Shown here: piece by piece, positions 38,397-47,300 of the stretch
Layout of the letters: each line of letters starts with the position of its first letter
How positions within the stretch are numbered: the stretch's first letter is position 1
From: Actinobacteria bacterium UBA959
GTDB lineage: Bacteria; Actinomycetota; Actinomycetes; S36-B12; UBA5976
NCBI GenBank assembly: GCA_002293025.1
Contig: DBCL01000015.1
Coordinates: forward strand, 24,590-88,589
Reading direction: 5' to 3'
Length of the DNA: 64,000 bases
Notes under the pieces: generated by a model
What the model saw: the letters and a program-made list of their open reading frames with translations, nothing else
Database searches by the model: none
Told to the model about the DNA's origin: nothing
Program-made: the position numbers and the translations under genes

Positions 38397-41300
38397 TACC
38401 TACCACTGCTCCCAGGGCTTTTATGCCATAAATGTGCTGGTAGGTCATTATGTGATTCTTTCAAATTATTTGCTGCCGTTCTAACATTATTACCGACATT
38501 GCCACTTGGAGCAATATCAGCATACGGCGATTGCACTAATCCACTGGCATGCAACAGCAATTTTCGAGCAGGCCCCATTCCTCCGGTCAATCTTCGATCA
38601 CGACTTGCGTTAGGTACAGCCATCAATTCAGTCTCCTCTGTAGATTCAGCTATCTCACCTACTGGTTGATTTAGATAGTTAATAACTGCTTCGACTCCTT
38701 GCTCTCGCCAAATTTGATGCAGGTCTGTTAGCTGCCAACATCCCAGGCCGCTAATCGAGACAGCTCTAGGGCCAGTACGACGGATTAAGCCTTTAACCAA
38801 AACTAACCAAGAATTGAAAATGCTGTCATGAAAGTGATGTTGTGCCTCATCAAAAAAGGCGATATCAATAGGGCCAGAACCATCATCTAACGTGACAAAA
38901 ACTACTCGCTTACCAGATCTAATCGGAGGCGTTTGAGTGGCAACTTTTACACCTGCAACAAATATTTCTGATCGAGATCTTCTAGTTAGCAAGTTTTGAC
39001 TACTAATCAGTGCAATTTGAGAACTTAGATCTTTTAAAAAATCAAAGTGAAACGATAAAACATGATTAGTGGCGTCTAGGCCAAGTACTCGAAGTTCATT
39101 TTTGACTTGCTCGGCTGGGGTCATCTCAGGTAAGCCAACTAATTTATTTTGACTATCTGGAGCTATCTCAAGAAATAATTGTCCAGGTGTTTTTGAGACG
39201 CCTTTGAATTTAACTAAATCTGCTAATTCAAGTAGCAAGTCTCTCCGACTTCTACTAGAGCGATAAATGCTGTTCCCTACTCTGTGTAGCTCATCGAAAG
39301 CACCTGTAGTGATTAACCTCTCAACTACTGGGCGGCTTATAGGTACTCGGTTAAAAAAGTCGCTTAGGCTGCCATATGGCTGACCTAGCACAATTTGCTC
39401 TGCCTCCTGAGTGCTTATTCCTAGTATCTCCAGAAAAGAGATTCGAATGGCATACTGATTACTTTCATTTGAATCATTATTAAGGTCATCTATTTCGACT
39501 TGGTAGCTAAGCTTAGATTTGTTAATATCTAAACCAAGTATTTTTATACCAAAATTTCGAGCATCATTAAGAATCAGTCTCTTGGGATACATTCCTGGAT
39601 CGTGAGTTAACACCCCAGCCAAGAATGCTGCTGGGTAATGCGCTTTTAGCCAGGCGGATTGGTAAGTAGGGATTGCAAAAGCGGCAGCATGCGCCTTACA
39701 AAAACCAAAAGATCCAAAAGCTTTTAAGGTTTGCCATACTTCCTCGACAATGTTCAATTCATACCCACGCTTAAGGGCAGCTGGATAAAACTTTTGCTTA
39801 ACTTCAGCTTGCGATTCGAAAGTGCCTAAGCCACGCCGATACTCATCAGCTACTGCCAAAGTGCATCCAGTCATAACTGAAAATACTTGCATTACCTGTT
39901 CATGGAATACCACAACCCCAAATGTCTCTTGTAGCACTGGTTTTAGATCAGGATGTGGGTATTTCGCAGCAGCCCATCCATGCCTACCTTCTAGAAACGG
40001 TTTAACCATGTCGGACTTAACTGGCCCTGGCCTAAATAGAGATATATCTACTATCAAGTCATGCATATTTTGTGGGGCTAATTTGCCAATTAATTCTCGT
40101 TGTCCTGGAGACTCAATCTGAAAACACCCTAGAGTTTGAGTTGTTTTGATCAAATCATATGTTGCTTGATCATCTACTGGAATTACTTCTAAATCAATCT
40201 TGCGCTCTGTTACTCGCTCAATCTCAGTTAAAGCATGCCTAATAGCAGACTGCATTCTTACACCCAAGACATCTAATTTAATTAAACCTAGATCTTCCAC
40301 ATCATCTTTATCAAAAGCAGTCATCGGAAAATCTTGACCACTTGGTTGGACTGGAATGCGATTTAACAGTCCAGCATCTGAGATCACGACACCGCACGGA
40401 TGCATTGCCCTGTGCCTAGGTAGCGCATCTAATGCTTCAACAAAATCAAATAATTTATTAAACTGCAACTTGGTAGCACCAGATGCATAGCTCGAATTTC
40501 TTAGCTCTGGTAGATCATTTAGTGCTGCTCTGATATCTCGTGCCCTAATATGCGGGAAAGATGTAGCAAGAGCAGATATCTCTCCAGCTGGCAGCATAAG
40601 AGCTGCACCTACATCTCGAATTGCATGGCGTACCCGATAAGTATCTAGCATCGAAACTGCAGCAACTCTTTCTTTGCCAAACTTATTTAAGATCATTCGG
40701 TAAATATCCAGTCTGCGATCAGATTCAACATCAATGTCTATATCTGGAAGTGATCTGCGCTCAGGTGACAAAAAGCGCTCCATCAGCAGTCCATGATCTA
40801 ATGGATTAACTGAAGAAATACCTAGTAAATGAACTATTAAACTGCCAGCAGCCGAACCTCGAGCATTTACTCGTGAGCCTAAAGTTTTGACATCATCAAC
40901 CACGCTAGCAACTGTTAGAAAATATGCAGCAAAGCCCAACTTAGCAACTACTGCCAATTCTTCATCTAATCGATTTTTGACCTGAATTTTTCTATCTAAA
41001 CCATAACGCTCGAGTGCGTTAAATGTTCTAGATCTCAGAATTGCTTGAGCCTTACTTGCGTCATTTGCTTGATGTCTAATTGATTCACTTGAACTTGTAG
41101 TAGGCATGGTCAGTAGGCCAAGTTCTGGTAGGTGCACTCGCCCCCAGCCCAAGTCTCGAACTGGATCTAATGCACAACTGCTTGCCAGCAATTCAGTATC
41201 AAGAAGTAGTTTCTTTGCTCGAGTAGCATCTCTAGTTATTGCTAGGGCAACTTCAGTCATTTCTATATCAGTTTTTAGAAATGACTGATTTTCTCCAGGG

Positions 41301-42085
41301 TCATATGAGTTTTTAGTCAGAGGTATTAACTGTCTAATTGCATCAAGCAGGTCTGCTATCGGTGCTTCTTGAGGGTCTAAATATCTAACCGTATTAGTTA
41401 AAACTGCCTTAAGGCCATGCTCATCAGCAAACTTAAGCATTCTTGCTGCAAAAGCATTACTTAACAATCCTGTTTGATGTCCATGTGAAGTGATTGCAAT
41501 TACTGGAATAAGTCCCGTTTGTTGCTTCCAGTGCTGAATAAGAGCTAGTGCAACATCTGGTCGCCGACCATGTAGAGCCTGGGCAAACTCCGACTGCCAC
41601 CCCCAAAGAGCAACTATTGGCGCATCTAAAGAATTACTTATAGGTGCAAAATCACTTGTGATCAGTTTACCAATTTCATTAATACTAATTACTGGGCTAT
41701 TAAATTTATATTCATTACTTGCTGATATTGAAGAAATTTTTGATAAGAAAGGCCAGCCATGCCTACCTCTACCTAGTAACACAAATCGAGGATGTTTAGG
41801 GTCGATGTGTTTGCCACCATGTGCTGGAGTGCGGCGAATATTCGTGCTTGTTTGACTAGAGGTTATTCCACTTGCTTTGATTGCCAAATCTATTCCTAGT
41901 ATTGGGGTTATTCCAGATTCAATACATGATCTAACAAATCGAACAGCTCCCCCAATTTCATCGCGATCTGTTAGGGCGATCCGGGTAAACCCTTTAAATT
42001 TTGCATATGAAACTAATTTCTCAGGCAAAGCAGTTCCATGTCTCATTGAAAAAGCACTAGCTGTTTGTAAATGGGTAAATGTCAT
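38396..42085 (-). CDS. dnaE2: Error-prone DNA polymerase III alpha paralogue DnaE2
   Basis: 1229 aa. PHP N-terminus without an epsilon/tau-binding tail, PDIDIDVES, FCKAHAAAFA, C-terminal ...LWHKSPGSSGR tail as recalled for DnaE2 proteins. It is a second alpha paralogue besides dnaE at 6382-9921. LexA box upstream. Confidence 0.88.
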   Translation of the reverse strand: MTFTHLQTASAFSMRHGTALPEKLVSYAKFKGFTRIALTDRDEIGGAVRFVRSCIESGITPILGIDLAIKASGITSSQTSTNIRRTPAHGGKHIDPKHPRFVLLGRGRHGWPFLSKISSISASNEYKFNSPVISINEIGKLITSDFAPISNSLDAPIVALWGWQSEFAQALHGRRPDVALALIQHWKQQTGLIPVIAITSHGHQTGLLSNAFAARMLKFADEHGLKAVLTNTVRYLDPQEAPIADLLDAIRQLIPLTKNSYDPGENQSFLKTDIEMTEVALAITRDATRAKKLLLDTELLASSCALDPVRDLGWGRVHLPELGLLTMPTTSSSESIRHQANDASKAQAILRSRTFNALERYGLDRKIQVKNRLDEELAVVAKLGFAAYFLTVASVVDDVKTLGSRVNARGSAAGSLIVHLLGISSVNPLDHGLLMERFLSPERRSLPDIDIDVESDRRLDIYRMILNKFGKERVAAVSMLDTYRVRHAIRDVGAALMLPAGEISALATSFPHIRARDIRAALNDLPELRNSSYASGATKLQFNKLFDFVEALDALPRHRAMHPCGVVISDAGLLNRIPVQPSGQDFPMTAFDKDDVEDLGLIKLDVLGVRMQSAIRHALTEIERVTERKIDLEVIPVDDQATYDLIKTTQTLGCFQIESPGQRELIGKLAPQNMHDLIVDISLFRPGPVKSDMVKPFLEGRHGWAAAKYPHPDLKPVLQETFGVVVFHEQVMQVFSVMTGCTLAVADEYRRGLGTFESQAEVKQKFYPAALKRGYELNIVEEVWQTLKAFGSFGFCKAHAAAFAIPTYQSAWLKAHYPAAFLAGVLTHDPGMYPKRLILNDARNFGIKILGLDINKSKLSYQVEIDDLNNDSNESNQYAIRISFLEILGISTQEAEQIVLGQPYGSLSDFFNRVPISRPVVERLITTGAFDELHRVGNSIYRSSRSRRDLLLELADLVKFKGVSKTPGQLFLEIAPDSQNKLVGLPEMTPAEQVKNELRVLGLDATNHVLSFHFDFLKDLSSQIALISSQNLLTRRSRSEIFVAGVKVATQTPPIRSGKRVVFVTLDDGSGPIDIAFFDEAQHHFHDSIFNSWLVLVKGLIRRTGPRAVSISGLGCWQLTDLHQIWREQGVEAVINYLNQPVGEIAESTEETELMAVPNASRDRRLTGGMGPARKLLLHASGLVQSPYADIAPSGNVGNNVRTAANNLKESHNDLPAHLWHKSPGSSGR

Positions 42086-42375
42086 TAGCTAGCACTTCTA
42101 ATCAGGATCCATTGATCGGCTTCCTGGTCGTAATCAATACCAATTACTAAATAGGTTTGATTTTTAACTTGAGGGCTAGATTTAACTAGCGTTAACTTTC
42201 GCTGCTGTTGCATGTAGTCCCCTAATATCAAAAGTGATACCGGGGGAACGGTGTTGGCTTGGGCGTAGTCAGCAGCTGTGCTTCCCCGCACCGCGCTGAC
42301 TACACCAAGTGCAATTGAGTCATGGGGTCGAAGTTGACACCAATCGCACCGACTGCAACTAGGTAGCGAACCCAA
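42085..42375 (-). CDS. Hypothetical small protein translationally coupled to dnaE2 (start uncertain: TTG 42375, or the only ATG at 42213 giving 42 aa)
   Basis: The stop TAA overlaps the dnaE2 ATG (TAATG). The track start is a TTG codon. The single in-frame ATG (42213) is preceded by AGGGGA. A CxxCxxC cluster is present only in the long version. No family recognised. Confidence 0.35.
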   Translation of the reverse strand: MGSLPSCSRCDWCQLRPHDSIALGVVSAVRGSTAADYAQANTVPPVSLLILGDYMQQQRKLTLVKSSPQVKNQTYLVIGIDYDQEADQWILIRSAS

Positions 42376-42426
42376 TTCAGTCCAAAGCCAATTTCGATTA
42401 GGTGTTTAGCCGTATCCGGAGGCTAT

Positions 42427-42442
42427 TCGAACACCTGTTCGA
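42427..42442. promoter_or_regulatory. LexA (SOS) box, actinobacterial type TCGAAC-N4-GTTCGA
   Basis: TCGAACACCTGTTCGA exactly matches the mycobacterial/actinobacterial SOS-box consensus. It is embedded in a perfect 10+10 nt palindrome CTATTCGAAC-ACCT-GTTCGAATAG (42423-42446), 47 nt upstream of the first possible start of the small-ORF/dnaE2/dinB operon. Confidence 0.75.
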
Positions 42443-42516
42443 ATAGCAGTAGTCAAGCATGAAGGGCTGACATCAAGCAACCGCCCCTGAAATTAGGTCG
42501 TTTCCAGCCTTGCTGC

Positions 42517-43686
42517 CTAGGCCGTTCCCGATTTTGCTGCCCCTAAGCCAGCCAGAATCTGTACCCCTGAAATCAAAATCATCACAGCCAGACCAAAGGT
42601 CCAAGCCCCTGAAATTTGATAGAGCACACCCATGAAAATTGGCCCAGTCGCGGCTAGTAAATAGCCAAAGCTTTGCATCATTGCTGAAAGCGCCTGGGCA
42701 TGATTACTGTCTGAAGATCTTAGAACTACCAAGATCAATGCCAGCGGAAACGTGGCTGAGGTCCCAATTGATGCCACCATAATCCAAATCACCAAACGCC
42801 AACCCGAGTCCAGCATCACTCCAAGAAATCCAATTCCAGCAAAGCCCGTTGCAATTACTAAAACTAAGCGTTGATCTGCACGCTTAGCTGCAATATGTGG
42901 CACTCCAACTGCGAATAAAGAGCCAAGCAGGCCAGTAACTGCCACAGCTGCTCCTGCATGAATTAACTCAAATCCCTTGTCATACAAAATAGTTGGTAGC
43001 CATGTTCCAGCGGCATATGCATTTGTTGACTGTAATCCAAAAAACAAAGTTACCTGCCAGGCAACTTTACTTTTGATCAAGACCTTGAAATGTGACACTT
43101 CATTTGGCGTGTGCTTGCTTAATGTTTGATCACGCATTCTGCGTTGCCACCAATAAGCTGAAATTGCCGCAATTAGCGCCCAAGGAACAAATGCCATCTG
43201 CCAACCTAGTGAATTGAGTTTGGATAACGGCACTGAAACTCCAACAGCAATACCAGAGACAACTCCCATAATTGTTACATATATTCCTGTAAACAGGCCT
43301 GAATCTTTTCCACCATACTCTTTAACCCAGGCAGGTAGAAATACATTTAAGGTGGCGATTGCCAAGCCCATCACAAATGTGAACACATACAAAGCAATTA
43401 CAGAACCAGTTGCACGCAGTACTAGCGAAAAAGCTAGAACCCACATGGCCACCGAAAGTATTCGGTCGACAGACCCCATCCGCGACACCCAAGAAGTCAA
43501 GGGCGAGGCAAAAGCAAAACAAAGCACTGGGATTGATGCCAACCAAGATAGCTCGATGGTGCTCAATCCAAGATCAATTCCAATCACAGTGATTATTGGG
43601 GTAATGGCAATTTGTCCTGCACGCATATTTAAGGCCGCTACATAAATTGGCATTCCACGGTTGATGCGACTAGAAAGTGAACTCAA
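42517..43686 (-). CDS. MFS transporter (CynX/NimT-like subfamily by recall)
   Basis: 389 aa, about 12 TM segments. N-terminal ALNMRAGQIAITP motif typical of CynX-type MFS proteins. The track start is TTG at 43686. Met12 (43653) is an alternative. Confidence 0.8.
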   Translation of the reverse strand: MSSLSSRINRGMPIYVAALNMRAGQIAITPIITVIGIDLGLSTIELSWLASIPVLCFAFASPLTSWVSRMGSVDRILSVAMWVLAFSLVLRATGSVIALYVFTFVMGLAIATLNVFLPAWVKEYGGKDSGLFTGIYVTIMGVVSGIAVGVSVPLSKLNSLGWQMAFVPWALIAAISAYWWQRRMRDQTLSKHTPNEVSHFKVLIKSKVAWQVTLFFGLQSTNAYAAGTWLPTILYDKGFELIHAGAAVAVTGLLGSLFAVGVPHIAAKRADQRLVLVIATGFAGIGFLGVMLDSGWRLVIWIMVASIGTSATFPLALILVVLRSSDSNHAQALSAMMQSFGYLLAATGPIFMGVLYQISGAWTFGLAVMILISGVQILAGLGAAKSGTA

Positions 43687-43907
43687 TTCTTTACATCTGC
43701 TGTCTGCGGTACTTCACAAATCGAAAGTGGTGCCCCATCACAGCAATTAGCCTTGGCGTGACAGTGAGGGCAGAGCCATCTAGTAGCAATCGGATCAAAG
43801 GCTTGGTAGCAGTAATCACAGTCCATAGCGTCCAAGTATGTCCCAAGTCCTAAATCGTTTCGGGATTTCAAGAGTATGATTTTGGATATGAGACTCAAAA
43901 AGGGCAC
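43683..43907 (-). CDS. Possible small Cys-rich (zinc-ribbon-like) protein; may start at the internal ATG 43826
   Basis: MDCDYCYQAFDPIATRWLCPHCHAKANCCDG contains CxxC...CxxC...CC. The stop overlaps the TTG start of the MFS ORF (TTGA). No family recognised, so it could be non-coding. Confidence 0.25.
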   Translation of the reverse strand: MPFLSLISKIILLKSRNDLGLGTYLDAMDCDYCYQAFDPIATRWLCPHCHAKANCCDGAPLSICEVPQTADVKN

Positions 43908-43968
43908 TCCAATGGTGAATTCGGACCCAATCTCAGCACTTAGAGCATCCCATAGATTTAGTTAAATC

Positions 43969-45156
43969 ATGCCACCCACCCCACATAGTGCGATCCTGGA
44001 AGCCATTGACTTAATCAATAAATCAACTGAATTTGTGCGGGCGGTGTTTTCTGGTGTTCGCAAAGATACTAATCCAAGATTTGTCCGCATAGACCTAAGG
44101 CCCATTTTAATTAAGAATAATCTAAAACTCCAAGTCGAGACCAATGACGGAAAACAGTCAGTTGCCAAGAATCATAATTTTGAAGATTTTGATTTGGTCT
44201 CTTTATTTGAATCAGGTTTTGCAAATATATTAGTAGAGCATAAAAATGGCTCCATTATCTTGCAATATAACCAGAAAGATGAGATAAAAGTTTCGCGTAA
44301 ACAGGAACTCAAGAGTCCAGACTTAGAGCACGATCGATCAAAAAATAGGCTGCTGCAGGCGGATGATCCTTTTTTGAAAGCTGTTGGAATCTCAGATAAC
44401 TCTGGAAGCATTAAGCCATCCATGCGAGATAAGTATCGTCAAGTCGATGATTTCTTGAAAATATTGGTCCCAACTTTAAATGCTGCAATACAGGCTGGGC
44501 AGATTCCTCAACCAACAAACGAGAAGCCGTTACGAATTGTGGATCTAGGGTGTGGCAACGCTTATCTAACATTTGCAGTTCACCAATATCTATTATCAAT
44601 TGGGATGCCTATTTTGGTCACTGGAATTGATATCAAACAGCAATCAAGAGATAGAAACACCGGTATTGCGCAGCAACTAGGTTTAACTCAGAGCATAACT
44701 TTTCAAGCAGAATCAATTGCAGATTCAGAGCTCGATGCAGTAGACATCACAATTGCTCTGCATGCTTGCGATACTGCAACTGACGATGCCATTGCTTGGG
44801 GAGTGAGAAATCGCTCCAAACTTCTATTGATTGCACCTTGTTGCCATCACCATTTACAGTCCCAACTCAAAGTGGCGCCAGAACCATGGCCGATTGTACT
44901 TAAGCATGGATTACTAGCTGAGCGACAACTTGACATTTTGACTGATGCATTCAGATGCCAACTACTTAAACTGGTTGGCTATCGAACTGAAGCCGTTGAG
45001 TTCGTAAGCGATGAACACACACCAAGAAACCTTTTGATTCGAGCTGTAAGAACTAATGCGCAGCCTGATCAACTTGAAATACAACGCTATCGCGAAATGA
45101 GAACTATCTGGAATCTAAATCCATTCTTAGAAGATCTAATCTCAGAATTTCTCTAA
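43969..45156 (+). CDS. Class I SAM-dependent methyltransferase (Methyltransf_32-like) with an N-terminal extension
   Basis: 395 aa. SAM motif I IVDLGCGNAYLT, then ALHACDTATDDA and IAPCCHHH, which I recall as typical of the PF13679-type family. Substrate unknown. Confidence 0.7.
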   Translation: MPPTPHSAILEAIDLINKSTEFVRAVFSGVRKDTNPRFVRIDLRPILIKNNLKLQVETNDGKQSVAKNHNFEDFDLVSLFESGFANILVEHKNGSIILQYNQKDEIKVSRKQELKSPDLEHDRSKNRLLQADDPFLKAVGISDNSGSIKPSMRDKYRQVDDFLKILVPTLNAAIQAGQIPQPTNEKPLRIVDLGCGNAYLTFAVHQYLLSIGMPILVTGIDIKQQSRDRNTGIAQQLGLTQSITFQAESIADSELDAVDITIALHACDTATDDAIAWGVRNRSKLLLIAPCCHHHLQSQLKVAPEPWPIVLKHGLLAERQLDILTDAFRCQLLKLVGYRTEAVEFVSDEHTPRNLLIRAVRTNAQPDQLEIQRYREMRTIWNLNPFLEDLISEFL

Positions 45157-46020
45157 TTACTCTTTTAACCGATCAACACTTAACATTTTGATGCCAACAA
45201 TCACCGCATAAACCCATAGAGCAATAGCCGCTAGGTAGCCAACAATAGAGATTGCAGCAGGTGCATCTACTGCTACCAGTAATTGACGAACATTCAAAAG
45301 CACAATCAGGCCGCCAATTATTACTCCCATAATCCGTTGTGGAGCCTTCTTCACTAACCAAGCAGCCAGCGGTGCCGCCAAGAGTCCACCAATTAGTAAG
45401 GCCAAGAGTGGCTGCCATGGGAATTGGCGGTAGCCCAATCCGAATAAGAAACCAACTGTTGTAAAGATGGCGACAAACAACTCAGACGTATTGGTTGTGC
45501 CAATTGCTTTTCTAGGTGTTAACGCGTTAGTTGCAGTCAGGGTGGTGGTAACTACTGGACCCCAACCTCCTCCTCCAGTTGCGTTGACCACACCACCTAC
45601 TAAACCCAAGGGAGCAAGCCAGCGAGCACGTGCTCTGCGTTTTTTACCAAATATCTTGGTACGAGTAAATCGATACAAAATCATTAATCCCAAGATCAAC
45701 AAGATGGAAGATGTCCAAGGAAGTGCCCTGGACAAGTCGACATTACTTAGTAATACCGCTCCAACAAACCCACCAATGGAGCCTGGCACTCCCACCTTAA
45801 ACATGGCATGCCAATCAACATTTTTGTATTTAACATGGGCCCAACCACTTGAGATAGCAGTTCCAATTTTGGCTACATTAACTACTGCTGAGGCCACAGC
45901 TGGGTTGTAGCCAATTGCAATCAAAATTGTGGTGCTGACCACCCCAAAGGCCATTCCCATAGCGCCATCTATTAACTGGGCTAGGAAACCAGCAAGAGAA
46001 ACCAAGAGCAATGTGACCAT
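45157..46020 (-). CDS. TauE/SafE (TSUP) family anion/sulfite exporter-type permease
   Basis: 287 aa, about 8 TM segments. GFLAQLIDGAMGMAFGVVSTT at the N-terminus and a repeated half. Stop abuts the methyltransferase stop (TAATTA). Confidence 0.8.
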   Translation of the reverse strand: MVTLLLVSLAGFLAQLIDGAMGMAFGVVSTTILIAIGYNPAVASAVVNVAKIGTAISSGWAHVKYKNVDWHAMFKVGVPGSIGGFVGAVLLSNVDLSRALPWTSSILLILGLMILYRFTRTKIFGKKRRARARWLAPLGLVGGVVNATGGGGWGPVVTTTLTATNALTPRKAIGTTNTSELFVAIFTTVGFLFGLGYRQFPWQPLLALLIGGLLAAPLAAWLVKKAPQRIMGVIIGGLIVLLNVRQLLVAVDAPAAISIVGYLAAIALWVYAVIVGIKMLSVDRLKE

Positions 46021-46069
46021 TGGGTAAGTATCTCAACCAAGTGCTGGATTACTTGACTAACATCACCCT

Positions 46070-46582
46070 ATGAACTCCGAGGAATTGCACCCTTCAGTCT
46101 TGCGTGTTCAGCAAGCGCTTGCCAAATTGGGTGGAGATACAGACCTAATTCGCAAACTAGACCAATCAGCTCGAACCTCTGCTGAAGCAGCGCAAGCGCT
46201 CGGAGTGCAAGTTTCCCAGATCGTAAATTCTCTAGTTTTTAATGGCCACAAAAATTCTGAAGTCCAGCCGGTATTAGTCCTCTCCTCTGGTGGGCACAGA
46301 GTGGATCTGGACTTAATCGCAACCTCGCTAGGTTTTGATTCGATCTCAAAAGCCGATGCCGATACTGTTAAATCTGCAACAGGATTTGCCATCGGAGGAG
46401 TGAGTCCTGTCGGCCACCTAAATCAACTACCAACTCTGATTGATTTAGACCTAGCAATATTTGACGAAGTGTGGGCCGCCGCAGGACATCCTTATTGGGT
46501 CTATCCCACCACATTTAAAGAATTAGTAGCCATGACTGGCGGCACAGCAGCCATGGTGAGTGCAGATCCATTAACTAGATGA
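46070..46582 (+). CDS. YbaK/EbsC-type aminoacyl-tRNA editing-domain protein
   Basis: 170 aa. IVNSLVF..., VLVLSSGGHRVDL, ATGFAIGGVSPVGH. ATGA overlap with the next ORF. Confidence 0.75.
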   Translation: MNSEELHPSVLRVQQALAKLGGDTDLIRKLDQSARTSAEAAQALGVQVSQIVNSLVFNGHKNSEVQPVLVLSSGGHRVDLDLIATSLGFDSISKADADTVKSATGFAIGGVSPVGHLNQLPTLIDLDLAIFDEVWAAAGHPYWVYPTTFKELVAMTGGTAAMVSADPLTR

Positions 46583-47292
46583 ATTCCAATTCAGAGATCT
46601 ATCTTCGGATAGATATATTTCGAGTTAAATCTGTATTTCCAGCATTTATGCATATAGCCTTTGATAGATTCTGGTTGGCTAGAGATTCAAACATTAAATT
46701 CTTTCGATTGCTGGGCACTGGCACTGGTAGAACTTTTACGAGTAAAGATGCAGATCTTAAGCAATGGGTTGTGCTAACAACTTGGCTAGATTTAGAGCAA
46801 TCTAGAAATTTCAATTCCAGTACACTTGTGAAATCGTGGGTTAAAAACTGCCAAGAGCATGCCGCCCTAATTTCAACAACAATCATCTCTAAAGGCTCTT
46901 GGGTTGGTAAAAAGCCTTTTGGAGACAAAACTCCAACACGAGTTGATGGGCCAGTGCTCTCAATTACTCGTGCTCGGATAAAGTCACACATGTGGCGTAA
47001 ATTCCAAAGAGAGGTTCCTCCAGTTTCCACTTCACTGCACTCGTCCCCTGGTTTGGTGACAGCAATTGGTATTGGTGAAGCGCCAATTGGATTACAGGGA
47101 ACTTTAAGCATCTGGCGATCTAATTTGGAACTGACAGAATTTGCGCAACGAGGAGCACCTCATCGCAAAGTAATCAACCAAACGCATGCACTTAACTGGT
47201 ATTCAGAAGAGTTGTTTGCCAGATTCGCCATAAAAGAGGTCCATGGGAGTCTTCATGGCGTACCTTTAGACCAAGAGCTTCGAATTAGTTAG
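46579..47292 (+). CDS. CrtA-like protein (spheroidene monooxygenase / carotenoid 2-hydroxylase-ketolase family)
   Basis: 237 aa. IFRV...FWLARDSNIKFFRLLGTGTGRTFT resembles the N-terminal FRF...FWKLxGSGTGxGFT region I recall for CrtA. Context next to cruF-like, GT2 and crtD-like genes. Family call from memory only. Confidence 0.45.
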   Translation: MNSNSEIYLRIDIFRVKSVFPAFMHIAFDRFWLARDSNIKFFRLLGTGTGRTFTSKDADLKQWVVLTTWLDLEQSRNFNSSTLVKSWVKNCQEHAALISTTIISKGSWVGKKPFGDKTPTRVDGPVLSITRARIKSHMWRKFQREVPPVSTSLHSSPGLVTAIGIGEAPIGLQGTLSIWRSNLELTEFAQRGAPHRKVINQTHALNWYSEELFARFAIKEVHGSLHGVPLDQELRIS

Positions 47293-47300
47293 GACTTTCC

